Of a stretch of DNA of 30,116 nucleotides, positions 18,999-28,081 are shown piece by piece. Source of the stretch: Candidatus Sulfobium sp. (GTDB taxonomy: Bacteria > Nitrospirota > Thermodesulfovibrionia > Thermodesulfovibrionales > UBA6898); assembly GCA_037380845.1 (NCBI GenBank), contig JARRRI010000051.1, forward strand, positions 1-30,116, given 5' to 3'. The notes under the pieces are model-generated. The model did not search any database and was not told where the DNA came from. It worked only from the letters and a program-made list of their open reading frames with translations. Position 1 is the first letter of the stretch, and each line of letters opens with the position of its first letter. Position numbers and translations under genes: made by a program.

Positions 18999-20161
18999 CC
19001 GGTGCGAAGGGCATCTACGATATCCATGCGCGAGGCCCTGGCGGCGGGCAGTACGCCGCCTGTCAGTCCCATGATCAGAGAGAAGGCTATCGCCCGGTAG
19101 GCTATCTGGAATGTAAGACTGAAGGAGAAGGCCAGCTCGGAAAAAGTCTGCCAGTTCATGGTCGAAATAGTGATAAACTGCATGAATGAGGCAAGGAACA
19201 GCCCCGCCAGACCACCGACCAGGCCCAGAAGCATTGATTCAACAAGGAAAGCTGCCAGAATGCTTCTCCGGCGGAACCCGAGCGCCCTCAGCGTCCCTAT
19301 CTCCGCGGTCCGGTTTGCCACGGCCGCATACATCGTGATCATGGCGCCTATCATCGCGCCGAGGGAGAAGATGGCGGTAAGAGTGATTCCCAGGATGCGG
19401 AGAAATTTGGCCATCATCTCGGACTGATCTCTGTAATAGGTGGTTTCGCGCTTTGCTTCGAGGGTCAAGCGGGGGTCATTCTCGATCCGCTCCTTGACGC
19501 TCCTGAACTGGGACGGGTCGCGGAGTTTGAACAGCACCGATGAGTAGGCCTGTCTCCGGAAGGCCTGCATAAGCTGGTCGGAATCGCCCCATATCTCCGA
19601 ACTGTATCCGGTCCTCCCCGCTTCGAAAATGCCGACTACCGTCCAGTCACGCATGGCAAACCGCAGCGTCTCGCCGATGCCCGCGCCTTTGAACCTCTTT
19701 GCCACGCTTCTGCCGGCTATGATTTCAGAAGAACCCCTCTTCGGCATGCGCCCTTCCACCAGCTTCACCTGGGGTCTCAGAGCGAGAGAGGCTTCTCCAA
19801 TCCCTCTTATGGTAATATTTGAAAGCTTGTCGCTCCCCCTCTTGGGAAGGTTAATGATTACCACCAGCTCCTTTGCGAGCAGGGGGTTACCGTCTTTGCC
19901 TACTGCTATTCCCGGTTCCGTCTCAACGACTGAAGCCTGGCTTCTGTCGATGCCGCTCTGCATTTCGGACTGCGACCCTTTGCGTATGACCATCACGTTA
20001 TCATAAGATCCCGTTTCTATCAGCGTCTTCTGCAGCCCTTCCGCAAGCATCAGGACCGAGGCGAATACAAAGACTACAAGTGCCATTCCCGCTGCCGTCA
20101 GAACGGTAGTGAGCCTCCTGGTCCAGAGGTTCCGGAAGCTGTAGAAGACCGGCACCGCCAT
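18995..20161 (-). CDS. ABC transporter permease (MacB/FtsX family)
   Basis: N-terminal TM, periplasmic domain, RTAEIGTLRALGF, C-terminal TMs. Confidence 0.93.
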   Translation of the reverse strand: MAVPVFYSFRNLWTRRLTTVLTAAGMALVVFVFASVLMLAEGLQKTLIETGSYDNVMVIRKGSQSEMQSGIDRSQASVVETEPGIAVGKDGNPLLAKELVVIINLPKRGSDKLSNITIRGIGEASLALRPQVKLVEGRMPKRGSSEIIAGRSVAKRFKGAGIGETLRFAMRDWTVVGIFEAGRTGYSSEIWGDSDQLMQAFRRQAYSSVLFKLRDPSQFRSVKERIENDPRLTLEAKRETTYYRDQSEMMAKFLRILGITLTAIFSLGAMIGAMITMYAAVANRTAEIGTLRALGFRRRSILAAFLVESMLLGLVGGLAGLFLASFMQFITISTMNWQTFSELAFSFSLTFQIAYRAIAFSLIMGLTGGVLPAARASRMDIVDALRTG

Positions 20162-21318
20162 CAGCCTATCCTCCTGAGGCCGTCGGCAATCCTCACTTTT
20201 ATTGCGCGACGGGCCGGAAACAGGGCGGCGACGGATGCGATGACGAGCCCGGCGGCCATGTCCATATATATGGTAGTGCGGGACACAATAAAAACCGGGA
20301 AATACTGGCTCAGATAATCTCCGAAAGCCTTTGCCGCGGGGAAGGTGAGCAGTATGGCGAGAGCGGAGCCGGCGGCCGCTATAATCAGCGATTCGCCGAA
20401 GATCAGTGCTCCGATGTATAAGCCGCCGAAGCCGAGTGTCTTCATGATAGCATACTCGCCCGTCCGCTCACGGACGGTCATGGCCATGGTATTGGCCATC
20501 ACCGCCATGATTATAACGATAACTATATAGGAAACCAGGCGTATAACCATGACTATCGCTTCTGTCATGGAAATGAAGCTCAGCTGGAATGCTTTTTCTG
20601 TCTCGGTGATGGTCTCGGCCAGGGAATTTTTGAACATTTTGTCAATCGAGGCGGCCACGTCCGCCGCCATGTCAGGACTCTTCACTCCGACAAGGTACCA
20701 CCCGACCCTGTCCGCCCTGTAAGGCGCCGCTTTTTTCAGAGTTTCATTCAGGTAGTTCCAGTGGAAGAAGAACTGGGTCTCATCCGTGCTCTTCCGCGCA
20801 CCGTGGTAAATCCCCCGGATGACGAATTCCCAGTTTCCGGGGAAAATCGTACCCTTAAGGGTGACCGTATCGCCTATCTTCCAGCCGAACCTTTCGGCAG
20901 TCTTGATGCCGACAACGGCCCCCTTTCTGTCACGGAGAAACTCCTTTTTCTGTTTCGCCGGCAGAACGAACTCGGGATAAAGATCCATGGCGGTCTTTGC
21001 ATCCGTCGCGAAATTGGGAAAAAAATTCTTTTCGGAGATATAGACGCCGCCGAACCAGACCGAGTAGCCAACTTCCGTTACCCCCGGCACCTGCCTGATT
21101 TTTTCCCTGTACGAAAGCGGAAGGAAGAAGACGAGAGAAACCGCGTTCCGGGTAATCAGGCGGGTGGCGGAAGACGCCTCGACACCCGCGTACCAGGCAC
21201 CGATTACAGTCCGTAACAGACCAAAGGCGAGGATGGCAATGGTGATGCCGAGGACGGTGAGACCCGTCCTGAGTTTATGACGGAATGCATTCTTAGTGAT
21301 GAGTTTCAGAACCTGCAT
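20161..21318 (-). CDS. ABC transporter permease (MacB/FtsX family)
   Basis: [27 protein letters not shown]; translationally coupled to neighbours. Confidence 0.93.
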   Translation of the reverse strand: MQVLKLITKNAFRHKLRTGLTVLGITIAILAFGLLRTVIGAWYAGVEASSATRLITRNAVSLVFFLPLSYREKIRQVPGVTEVGYSVWFGGVYISEKNFFPNFATDAKTAMDLYPEFVLPAKQKKEFLRDRKGAVVGIKTAERFGWKIGDTVTLKGTIFPGNWEFVIRGIYHGARKSTDETQFFFHWNYLNETLKKAAPYRADRVGWYLVGVKSPDMAADVAASIDKMFKNSLAETITETEKAFQLSFISMTEAIVMVIRLVSYIVIVIIMAVMANTMAMTVRERTGEYAIMKTLGFGGLYIGALIFGESLIIAAAGSALAILLTFPAAKAFGDYLSQYFPVFIVSRTTIYMDMAAGLVIASVAALFPARRAIKVRIADGLRRIG

Positions 21319-21997
21319 TCAGGACACCTTTGTCCAGCTGACGTATTATATGCGCCTTTTCCGCGGCCCTGGGGTCGTGGGTCACCATGATGATGGTCTT
21401 GCCCGACTCGATATTTAGCCTGTCCATGAGACCGAGTATGTCTGCCGCCGAAACCCTGTCCAGATCTCCGGTGGGTTCGTCGGCCACCAGAATGGAGGGA
21501 TCGGTGACAACGGCCCGGGCGATCGCGACCCTCTGTTGCTGGCCGCCCGATAGCTGTCCGGGGTAATGGTCCATACGGTCTGTCAGGTTGACCACATCCA
21601 GCGCTGTTTCCACGTGTTCCCGCCGCTCTTTACGCGAGAGGCCGGTGAGCAGCAGGGGAAGCTCGACGTTTTCGAACGCGGTGAGCACGGGGATAAGGTT
21701 GTAGAACTGGAATATAAAGCCCACGTTGGACGCCCGCCACCGGGCCAGGCCGGTTTCAGAGAGAGAGGTGATATCAACCCCTCCTATCTCTATGCTGCCG
21801 CTGTCGGGCATGTCTATCCCGGCAATAAGGTTCAGCAGGGTGCTCTTGCCGGAGCCTGACGGGCCCATCAACGCCAGGAATTCACCCTGCCCGATATCGA
21901 AGGTGATGTCTTCCAGCACAGGAACAATCTCGTCGCCCCGCCGGTAGGATTTGTTCAGATTTCTCACTACAACAATGGGCGGACCGGCCTTGTACAT
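21293..21997 (-). CDS. ABC transporter ATP-binding protein (LolD/MacB type)
   Basis: [28 protein letters not shown]. Confidence 0.96.
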   Translation of the reverse strand: MYKAGPPIVVVRNLNKSYRRGDEIVPVLEDITFDIGQGEFLALMGPSGSGKSTLLNLIAGIDMPDSGSIEIGGVDITSLSETGLARWRASNVGFIFQFYNLIPVLTAFENVELPLLLTGLSRKERREHVETALDVVNLTDRMDHYPGQLSGGQQQRVAIARAVVTDPSILVADEPTGDLDRVSAADILGLMDRLNIESGKTIIMVTHDPRAAEKAHIIRQLDKGVLNAGSETHH

Positions 21998-23214
21998 CAG
22001 CCCTCAAGTATTTTGATCCGGTCGCCGTCCCGGAGGCCGGGTGCAGGGTCGATTATCACTTTTTCTCCGGTATCGAGACCTTCCAGCACTTCCACCATAT
22101 CGTCAAAATGTCTCCCGGTTTTTATGGAGGTCCTGACCGCTCTGTCTTCTTTGACAACGAAGACGCTCGTCTTCCCCTTGCGGTCGACAATCGCATTCGA
22201 ACTGACGGCGATAAGAGGCTTTTCTTCATGGGGGCCGACGGGATGTTCAAGAAAGGCCACCCGTGCGCTCATCTCCGGCAGAATTCCGGGGTCTTTGTCG
22301 ATGAACCGGACCTTGACCATTACAGTAGCCTTGGTCCGGTCCGCGGTGGGCACTATCATGTGGACGGCACCGCGGAAACGCGAATCGGGCAGTGAATCAA
22401 GCTCTATCTCGCAGGGCTGTCCCGGTTTTACGAGTTCGATATTGGATTCGGAAACATCGGCCTCAACCTGAAGAGAACTCATGTCCGCTATGGTGACAAC
22501 GGCTGCCTGGACATTAGCCGCCGCGCCTATGGGTGTCACGATATCGCCGACATCAGCGTCTTTGGTCAGCACCACGGCGTCGAAGGGGGCCCGTATGAAG
22601 GTGTACCCGAGTGCAACCTCTTCGGCCCTGAGGGCCGCTTCGCTTGCCTTCACCTCTGCCTTGGCCCCTGCAACAGCGGCAACCGCTTTCCTGTAACGCG
22701 CCTCGGCCGAATCATAGTCCGTCCGGGCGATGTATCCCTTCTCTACCAATTCCTTGCTGCGGCTAAAGTTTAGGGCGGCATCATGGAGCTCCGCGCGGGC
22801 CTGGTCGAGGTTGTATCGTGCTGCATTCAGGGTGGCCTCTGCCTGTGCCCTGGCGGCGAGCACATCCTCGTTTTCGAGCCGGGCAAGGATTTCCCCTTTC
22901 TTTACCCTGCTCCCCTCCTCCACGGATATCGAAACAAGACGCCCGGTAATTTTGGAGGCGACGGCCGCCTTGCGCTGGGCTACTACATAACCGCTTGCGT
23001 TGAGGAGAGTAAAGCTCCTGGAAGGGTACATCTTCGTGACGCTGATAACCTTGACACCCGTGGCCGGGGAGAAAACACCGAAGAGGTAAAGGACGAATGC
23101 AAGTGCCGCAACAGCGATAATGGCGGTCCATTTTGTCCATTTCCTTCGCTTTGCAGGCTTAATGACCGCCTTTGATTTGTCTATCTTTAGCTTTGAGAGG
23201 TCTTCCTGAGCCAT
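21997..23214 (-). CDS. Periplasmic adaptor (membrane fusion protein, MacA-like)
   Basis: N-terminal TM, ASGYVVAQRKA, lipoyl halves EEGSRVKKG and IRAPFDAVV, alpha hairpin. Confidence 0.93.
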   Translation of the reverse strand: MAQEDLSKLKIDKSKAVIKPAKRRKWTKWTAIIAVAALAFVLYLFGVFSPATGVKVISVTKMYPSRSFTLLNASGYVVAQRKAAVASKITGRLVSISVEEGSRVKKGEILARLENEDVLAARAQAEATLNAARYNLDQARAELHDAALNFSRSKELVEKGYIARTDYDSAEARYRKAVAAVAGAKAEVKASEAALRAEEVALGYTFIRAPFDAVVLTKDADVGDIVTPIGAAANVQAAVVTIADMSSLQVEADVSESNIELVKPGQPCEIELDSLPDSRFRGAVHMIVPTADRTKATVMVKVRFIDKDPGILPEMSARVAFLEHPVGPHEEKPLIAVSSNAIVDRKGKTSVFVVKEDRAVRTSIKTGRHFDDMVEVLEGLDTGEKVIIDPAPGLRDGDRIKILEG

Positions 23215-23367
23215 TTGCTCCTACCGTCTGTGAACAGTTAAATTTTCCTGAAATAATAACCTATTATAGCAGTTTATGTGAGGGAGAGGTCCGGCAGTGA
23301 GGCTAAAAAGGCCACTGCCCGAGGGCAGTGCAAAACTGTCCGGCAAGAAACTTCGGATGCCTTGAAA

Positions 23368-24507
23368 TCATTCTTCGTAAGCGTCCAGATCGGCTTTTGT
23401 CGAGAGATAGCCCAGTATGTCCTTCAGCGTTATCACCCCGGTCAAACGGCTTTTGTCGACGACTATCAGCCGGCTGTTTCCAGTGCTGTTCATTACGCCG
23501 AGGCACTTCGTGACGTCCATATCAGGAGTGACAGCTATCTCCCGTGAACATTGTGTGGTGATCTGGCCTACGGTGCGGTTACGCCATTCCGCGCGCGGAA
23601 TTTCCTTCAGCCGGCGTGTGGTGACGCAGCCTGATAGTTCGCCGTCGTCGACTACAGGGAACATCTTGAAATGATATTTGTAGACGTATTCTTCCACCAG
23701 GTCTTCGACCGATATCCCGGACGGTACCGTCACTACATCTTTTTTCATCAACGACTTCACCTTCTCACCCTCGAGTGCCTTGCGAATGATTATCTGCCTG
23801 TATGATGCCCGGGATGCGCCCCGGAGAAACATGCCGATCAGCACCCACCATATTCCACCGATTATGTTTCCGAAGAAGAGCACGTTTATCCCGCCGACAA
23901 TCATGAGGGCGACCCCGAAGCCGGACCCTATCTGCGAAGCGATGCGCGTTGCCCAGCGCAGGTTGTCCTTCCACTTCCAGAGGGCTGAACGGAGTACGCG
24001 GCCGCCGTCAAGCGGAAAGGCGGGAAGCAGGTTGAAACCGGCCAGCAGGAAGTTTATAAGCATGAGGTAGGCAAGAACACCGTTAACTGGAACGGGCCAT
24101 CCCGCCGCGGTTCCCATTTCATTGACAATCAGGAAAATGAAGCCCAGAAGTATACTTGATGCGGGGCCCGCTATGGCCATCAGAAACTCTACCTTTGCGT
24201 TTTCCGGCTCGTCGTCCATCTCGGCCACTCCGCCGAAAATGAAAAGGGTTATTCCCTTCATCGGGAGGCCGAATCTGCGGGCGACGAGGGAGTGACACAG
24301 TTCATGAAAGACTATGGATACAAAGAGGCTGAGCGCACCGGCTATGCCCATCCACCAATAGGTGGCTGAAGAAAGGCCTTTATACATTGAAGGGAAAAGT
24401 CCGGCGGCCAACGACCATGCTATGAGACCGGCCAGGATCAGCCAACTGGCGTCAATATGTACTTCGAACCCCACCAGCTTAAAAAGGGTGATGCGTTTTC
24501 CGAACAT
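23368..24507 (-). CDS. Site-2 (M50) metalloprotease with CBS pair
   Basis: HELCH, AIAGP, FNLLPAFPLDGGR, two C-terminal CBS domains. Confidence 0.95.
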   Translation of the reverse strand: MFGKRITLFKLVGFEVHIDASWLILAGLIAWSLAAGLFPSMYKGLSSATYWWMGIAGALSLFVSIVFHELCHSLVARRFGLPMKGITLFIFGGVAEMDDEPENAKVEFLMAIAGPASSILLGFIFLIVNEMGTAAGWPVPVNGVLAYLMLINFLLAGFNLLPAFPLDGGRVLRSALWKWKDNLRWATRIASQIGSGFGVALMIVGGINVLFFGNIIGGIWWVLIGMFLRGASRASYRQIIIRKALEGEKVKSLMKKDVVTVPSGISVEDLVEEYVYKYHFKMFPVVDDGELSGCVTTRRLKEIPRAEWRNRTVGQITTQCSREIAVTPDMDVTKCLGVMNSTGNSRLIVVDKSRLTGVITLKDILGYLSTKADLDAYEE

Positions 24508-24545
24508 TCCCGGTCCCGTCCTTCCCTGAAGCGATCTTTATTTCA

Positions 24546-24573
24546 ATTATATCTTCAGGGCCGGGATAGTCAA
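24546..24573 (-). promoter_or_regulatory. Sigma70-like promoter of the site-2 protease gene
   Basis: Minus-strand TTGACT-N16-TATAAT. Confidence 0.6.
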
Positions 24574-24641
24574 ACAATGCGGCTTTAAGCTGTCAGCGGT
24601 CGGCTTTAAGAAAGAAGGCCGGGAAATCGCCAATTGTGCCC

Positions 24642-25229
24642 TTACCTGAAGAGCTTAAGATATTCGCCGTAGCCTTCCTCCTGAAGTTCTTCCTTCGGAA
24701 TGAACCTGAGGGCGGCCGAGTTCATGCAGTACCTTTTTCCCGTTGGCGGCGGACCGTCGCCGAAAACATGGCCGAGATGAGAATCGCCATGCCTGCTCCT
24801 CACCTCGGTCCTCCTCGTGAAAAAGCTCCAATCGTCTTTTTCCACGATATTCCCAGGGTCGATCGGCCGCGTGAAACTCGGCCATCCGGTCCCGGAATCG
24901 TACTTGTCCAGGGAACTGAAAAGCGGTTCTCCCGACACGACGTCCACATAGATCCCTTTCCTCTTATTGTCCCAGTATTCGTTATTGAAGGCCGGTTCGG
25001 TACCGTCCTTCTGCGTGACTTTATACTGAATCGGGGTCAGTCTTTGTCTGAGTTCCTTCTCGGATGGTTTCATGAACGGCCTCCATGTTTTGCCGGTACC
25101 TTGCCGGACATTGGTCGGTGTGACCTTCCCGTCTGTCGGAACCTGTTTCTGTTCCGCGGTGACGAAGGCATACATCGCAAGCAGCAACGCTACGACGATA
25201 ACAGACAACATTTTCATATTTGCGGTCAT
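24642..25229 (-). CDS. msrB: Peptide methionine-(R)-sulfoxide reductase with signal peptide
   Basis: [23 protein letters not shown]...[20 protein letters not shown]; hydrophobic N-terminus. Confidence 0.96.
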   Translation of the reverse strand: MTANMKMLSVIVVALLLAMYAFVTAEQKQVPTDGKVTPTNVRQGTGKTWRPFMKPSEKELRQRLTPIQYKVTQKDGTEPAFNNEYWDNKRKGIYVDVVSGEPLFSSLDKYDSGTGWPSFTRPIDPGNIVEKDDWSFFTRRTEVRSRHGDSHLGHVFGDGPPPTGKRYCMNSAALRFIPKEELQEEGYGEYLKLFR

Positions 25230-25285
25230 TCTTTCCTCCCCATATAAAATTCTAACGTGTTCGATGCGGGAAAGTCATGAGGAGA

Positions 25286-25627
25286 TCAATGTCCTCGTTT
25301 TCCCGTCAATGTCTCTCGGTACGTCCCGGCTCTCTTGAGTATTCTCTCCATTTCCTCCACGGAAATTCTCGATCTGTCATAAATGACAGTATTGATTTCC
25401 ATAGAACCCTTCCATCCATTTGTGACATTCGAGATGCCTTTCAGCCCTGCCAGGGCCGCCCTGCCTGCGTCATATCACGAAACTCCGAAGACGGCTGTAG
25501 CCCTGTCACTCCGCGAAAATGTCTTCGCACCTTTTCCAGGAGGTGATAGTAGAAACAGCCCTGCTGCGGTCAGAGACGCGATAAAAGCCGGGATAACCGC
25601 CGATCTTATGAAATATTTACCTCCCAT
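25286..25627 (-). CDS. Candidate exported selenoprotein, mini MsrA-like/HMA-fold (Sec51)
   Basis: Hand translation MGGKYFIRSAVIPAFIASLTAAGLFLLSPPGKGAKTFSRSDRATAVFGVS-U-YDAGRAALAGLKGISNVTNGWKGSMEINTVIYDRSRISVEEMERILKRAGTYRETLTGKRGH; single in-frame TGA at 25475-25477; fills the gap between the kinase gene and msrB. Confidence 0.8.
25443..25474 (-). promoter_or_regulatory. Candidate bacterial SECIS element
   Basis: GC-rich hairpin CAGGG-CGG-CCCUG with loop 16 nt after the UGA (alternative GGCCCU-GGC-AGGGCU); G in the apical loop. Confidence 0.45.
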
Positions 25628-25634
25628 ATTTTTT

Positions 25635-25666
25635 AGTATATGACGGAAATCTCACGATTCTGTCAC
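25635..25666 (-). promoter_or_regulatory. OmpR-type direct-repeat box plus -10 element, upstream of the selenoprotein gene and msrB
   Basis: GTGACA-N5-GTGAGA-N9-TATACT. Confidence 0.65.
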
Positions 25667-25747
25667 GGGACAGCATTCATTCCTGACAGGCGGCAGGATG
25701 TTGGCGAATTTCCGGCGGGCTAAAGCGGCTGATTACGAAGTCGGCGG

Positions 25748-27232
25748 TTAACTGCCGTTTACAGGATGAACGGGCAGTGAAAAGGAGAATGTTGTCCCCA
25801 TGTGCAGTCTGCTTTTTACCTGTATCGAACTGCCATGCAGTTCCAGAATTTGTTTTGCAATGGCCAGTCCGAGACCCGAGTGCCCCGCTTTGTACCGCCT
25901 GCTTTTGTCGAGTTGGTAAAACCGTTCGAATATCCTGGGGATCTCTTCTCCGGGAATCCCAGGCCCCGTGTCGCTTATGTCCACGGTAACAACCTCTTTG
26001 GCAGGGCTGAGCACTATGCTCACCGTTCCTTCCTCAGGAGTGTGACTGAGGGCGTTATCGACCAGGTTTTCGATCACACGCTCGATCAGGCCGATATCGC
26101 CGTCGACCATCGGGACGCCTATACTTATATTGGTGATGACTCTTATTTTCTTGTCTTCGGCCCGCAACCTGAATTTCTGTATCACGTCCTGTACCAGTTC
26201 TCCCAGGTTGAACGGTTCCGGGCGGACCCGCGTATCCTGTGCCTCCAGCTTGGCAAGGTCGAACAGGTCGGAGACCAGCTTCCCGAGTCGCCTGCAATGA
26301 CTCAGGGCAGTATCAAGATATTCCTGACGTTCTTCGGGCGGGATGGCTTCGTTCTTCATAATCAGGGTTTCCAGGTATCCCTGGAGGGTGGCAAGTGGGG
26401 TGCGCAGGTCGTGGGAGACATTTGCTACCAGTTCCCTTCTCATCGAATCGGACTTCTTCATCGATTTTACCTGTGTTTCGATTCTTTGGGCCATTTCCCT
26501 GAACGTGGACACCAGCATGTCGATTTCGTCGCCTCGAGCTTCTTGTGATGATGGCAGGTCGAGGTCTGAAAGAGGAATCCCTTCCCTGTACGCTCCCATA
26601 GCCGTGGCGAGCCGTCGGAGCCTGCGAGTGAGACAGCCGAAAACGATCAATCCCGCCAGTACAGCCACCGTGAGGCTGGCGAGAATTCCCCAGATGCCGA
26701 GCCTCAGGATGTAGCTGCCCTGGAGTTTCTGCATAAGCGTGTCGTAGACCTCCCCCCCGAGGATGACATAGAGATAACCTTCCAGCTTGCCTTTTGCAGG
26801 GATGCGGGCTGCGGAAAAGATCTTTCTGCTTCCGGGGTTTCTAGGGTTGACCCCGAGGATGGGCAGGCTTTCATTTCCGGAGAGGAAACGTCTTATCGGT
26901 TCCACGTCGACATTTCTTGCCTTTATCTTGCCGGGCTCGGCGGAGAAGGCAAGAACAGACCCTTCCGGATCCAGAAGGTAGATCTCAATGCCGGGATTTA
27001 CTACCATGAGCATGTCAAAGACTTCTTCCAGAGATTTGCGGTCGATACCGTTTTTTCCGACCAGTATCTTCTGTTCCACAATGTGTCTTGCGATGTCACT
27101 GTTAAGTTTCTGGGTCACCTCCTCCTGGTACATGCCGCTCATGTAGAGGCCGATCGCAACAAAGGCCGAGCCGGCAAGAACAAAAAGGGCCAGGAGGACA
27201 GCCGCCAGCCTTGAATAAAGGGAGGAAAACAC
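25748..27232 (-). CDS. Sensor histidine kinase (2 TM, HAMP, HisKA, HATPase)
   Basis: ANVSHDLRTPL H-box, NLVDNA, DTGPGI, FERFYQ, GLGLAI. Confidence 0.96.
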   Translation of the reverse strand: MFSSLYSRLAAVLLALFVLAGSAFVAIGLYMSGMYQEEVTQKLNSDIARHIVEQKILVGKNGIDRKSLEEVFDMLMVVNPGIEIYLLDPEGSVLAFSAEPGKIKARNVDVEPIRRFLSGNESLPILGVNPRNPGSRKIFSAARIPAKGKLEGYLYVILGGEVYDTLMQKLQGSYILRLGIWGILASLTVAVLAGLIVFGCLTRRLRRLATAMGAYREGIPLSDLDLPSSQEARGDEIDMLVSTFREMAQRIETQVKSMKKSDSMRRELVANVSHDLRTPLATLQGYLETLIMKNEAIPPEERQEYLDTALSHCRRLGKLVSDLFDLAKLEAQDTRVRPEPFNLGELVQDVIQKFRLRAEDKKIRVITNISIGVPMVDGDIGLIERVIENLVDNALSHTPEEGTVSIVLSPAKEVVTVDISDTGPGIPGEEIPRIFERFYQLDKSRRYKAGHSGLGLAIAKQILELHGSSIQVKSRLHMGTTFSFSLPVHPVNGS

Positions 27233-27235
27233 TGT

Positions 27236-27952
27236 TCAGTTCCCTGCCTTCGCCGTATCCGCGAATTTGTAACCTACACCCCACACCGTAAGAATATAAT
27301 CCGGGCGCGCTGGGTTATCCTCGATCTTGGCACGCAGCCTGTTGATATGGGAATTGACCGTATGCTCGTAACCGTCATGCGAATACCCCCAGACGGCATC
27401 GAGCAGTTGAGTGCGTGTGAATACCCTGCCGCGGTTGCGGGCGAAATAAAGAAGGAGATCGAACTCTTTCGCTGTAAGTTCTATCGTCTTCCCCCGGCGA
27501 AGGACGTTTCTCCTCGTCGCGTCTATCTCAAGGTCGCCAGCTTTGATAACAGGCTCTTCGAAAGTTTGTTGCTCTTGGGCAAGCAGATCTACACGTCGCA
27601 GCAATGCCTTTACGCGTGCGATTAATTCCACAATGCTGAACGGTTTCGTCACATAATCGTCCGCCCCCATCTCCAGACCGAGCACCCTGTCAATTTCCGA
27701 GGACTTGGAGGTAAGCATCAGTATGGGGACATAGGACTGCCTTGCACGGAGCCGCCTGCAGATCTCGACTCCGTCAAGTCCGGGCAGCATGAGATCGAGG
27801 ATTATAAGGTCAAAGCGGTCCGCTTCGGCCATGGCCAGACCGGAGACGCCGTCGGCGGCAACCTCCACCTCATAGGAGAGGTCGCCGAGATGTACCCGGA
27901 GTAAACGGGCGAGGTCCCTGTTGTCTTCTATGATCAGAATGTGGCTTTTCAT
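27236..27952 (-). CDS. OmpR/PhoB-family response regulator
   Basis: IIEDN, LDLMLPG, GADDYVTKPF, winged helix LTAKEFDLL...TVWGVGYKF. Confidence 0.97.
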   Translation of the reverse strand: MKSHILIIEDNRDLARLLRVHLGDLSYEVEVAADGVSGLAMAEADRFDLIILDLMLPGLDGVEICRRLRARQSYVPILMLTSKSSEIDRVLGLEMGADDYVTKPFSIVELIARVKALLRRVDLLAQEQQTFEEPVIKAGDLEIDATRRNVLRRGKTIELTAKEFDLLLYFARNRGRVFTRTQLLDAVWGYSHDGYEHTVNSHINRLRAKIEDNPARPDYILTVWGVGYKFADTAKAGN

Positions 27953-27981
27953 GCCGCCTCGGGTTCTGTTCCCTTATCTCT

Positions 27982-28013
27982 AGTCTATCGCAGGGTTGTA
28001 ACAAAAGTGTCAC
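27982..28013 (-). promoter_or_regulatory. OmpR-type direct-repeat box plus -10 element, upstream of the response regulator
   Basis: GTGACA-N5-GTTACA-N9-TAGACT. Confidence 0.65.
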
Positions 28014-28081
28014 GTGGAGACAGAAAAAGCGGAATAAAAATGTCCACCAGCCGCGGAAAGACACCCCGGGCGGCAATTTCT

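Noticed and set aside
25277..25643. Plus-strand ORFs 25277-25546 and 25383-25643
   Set aside because: No motifs or RBS; better explained as the antisense shadow of the minus-strand Sec ORF.
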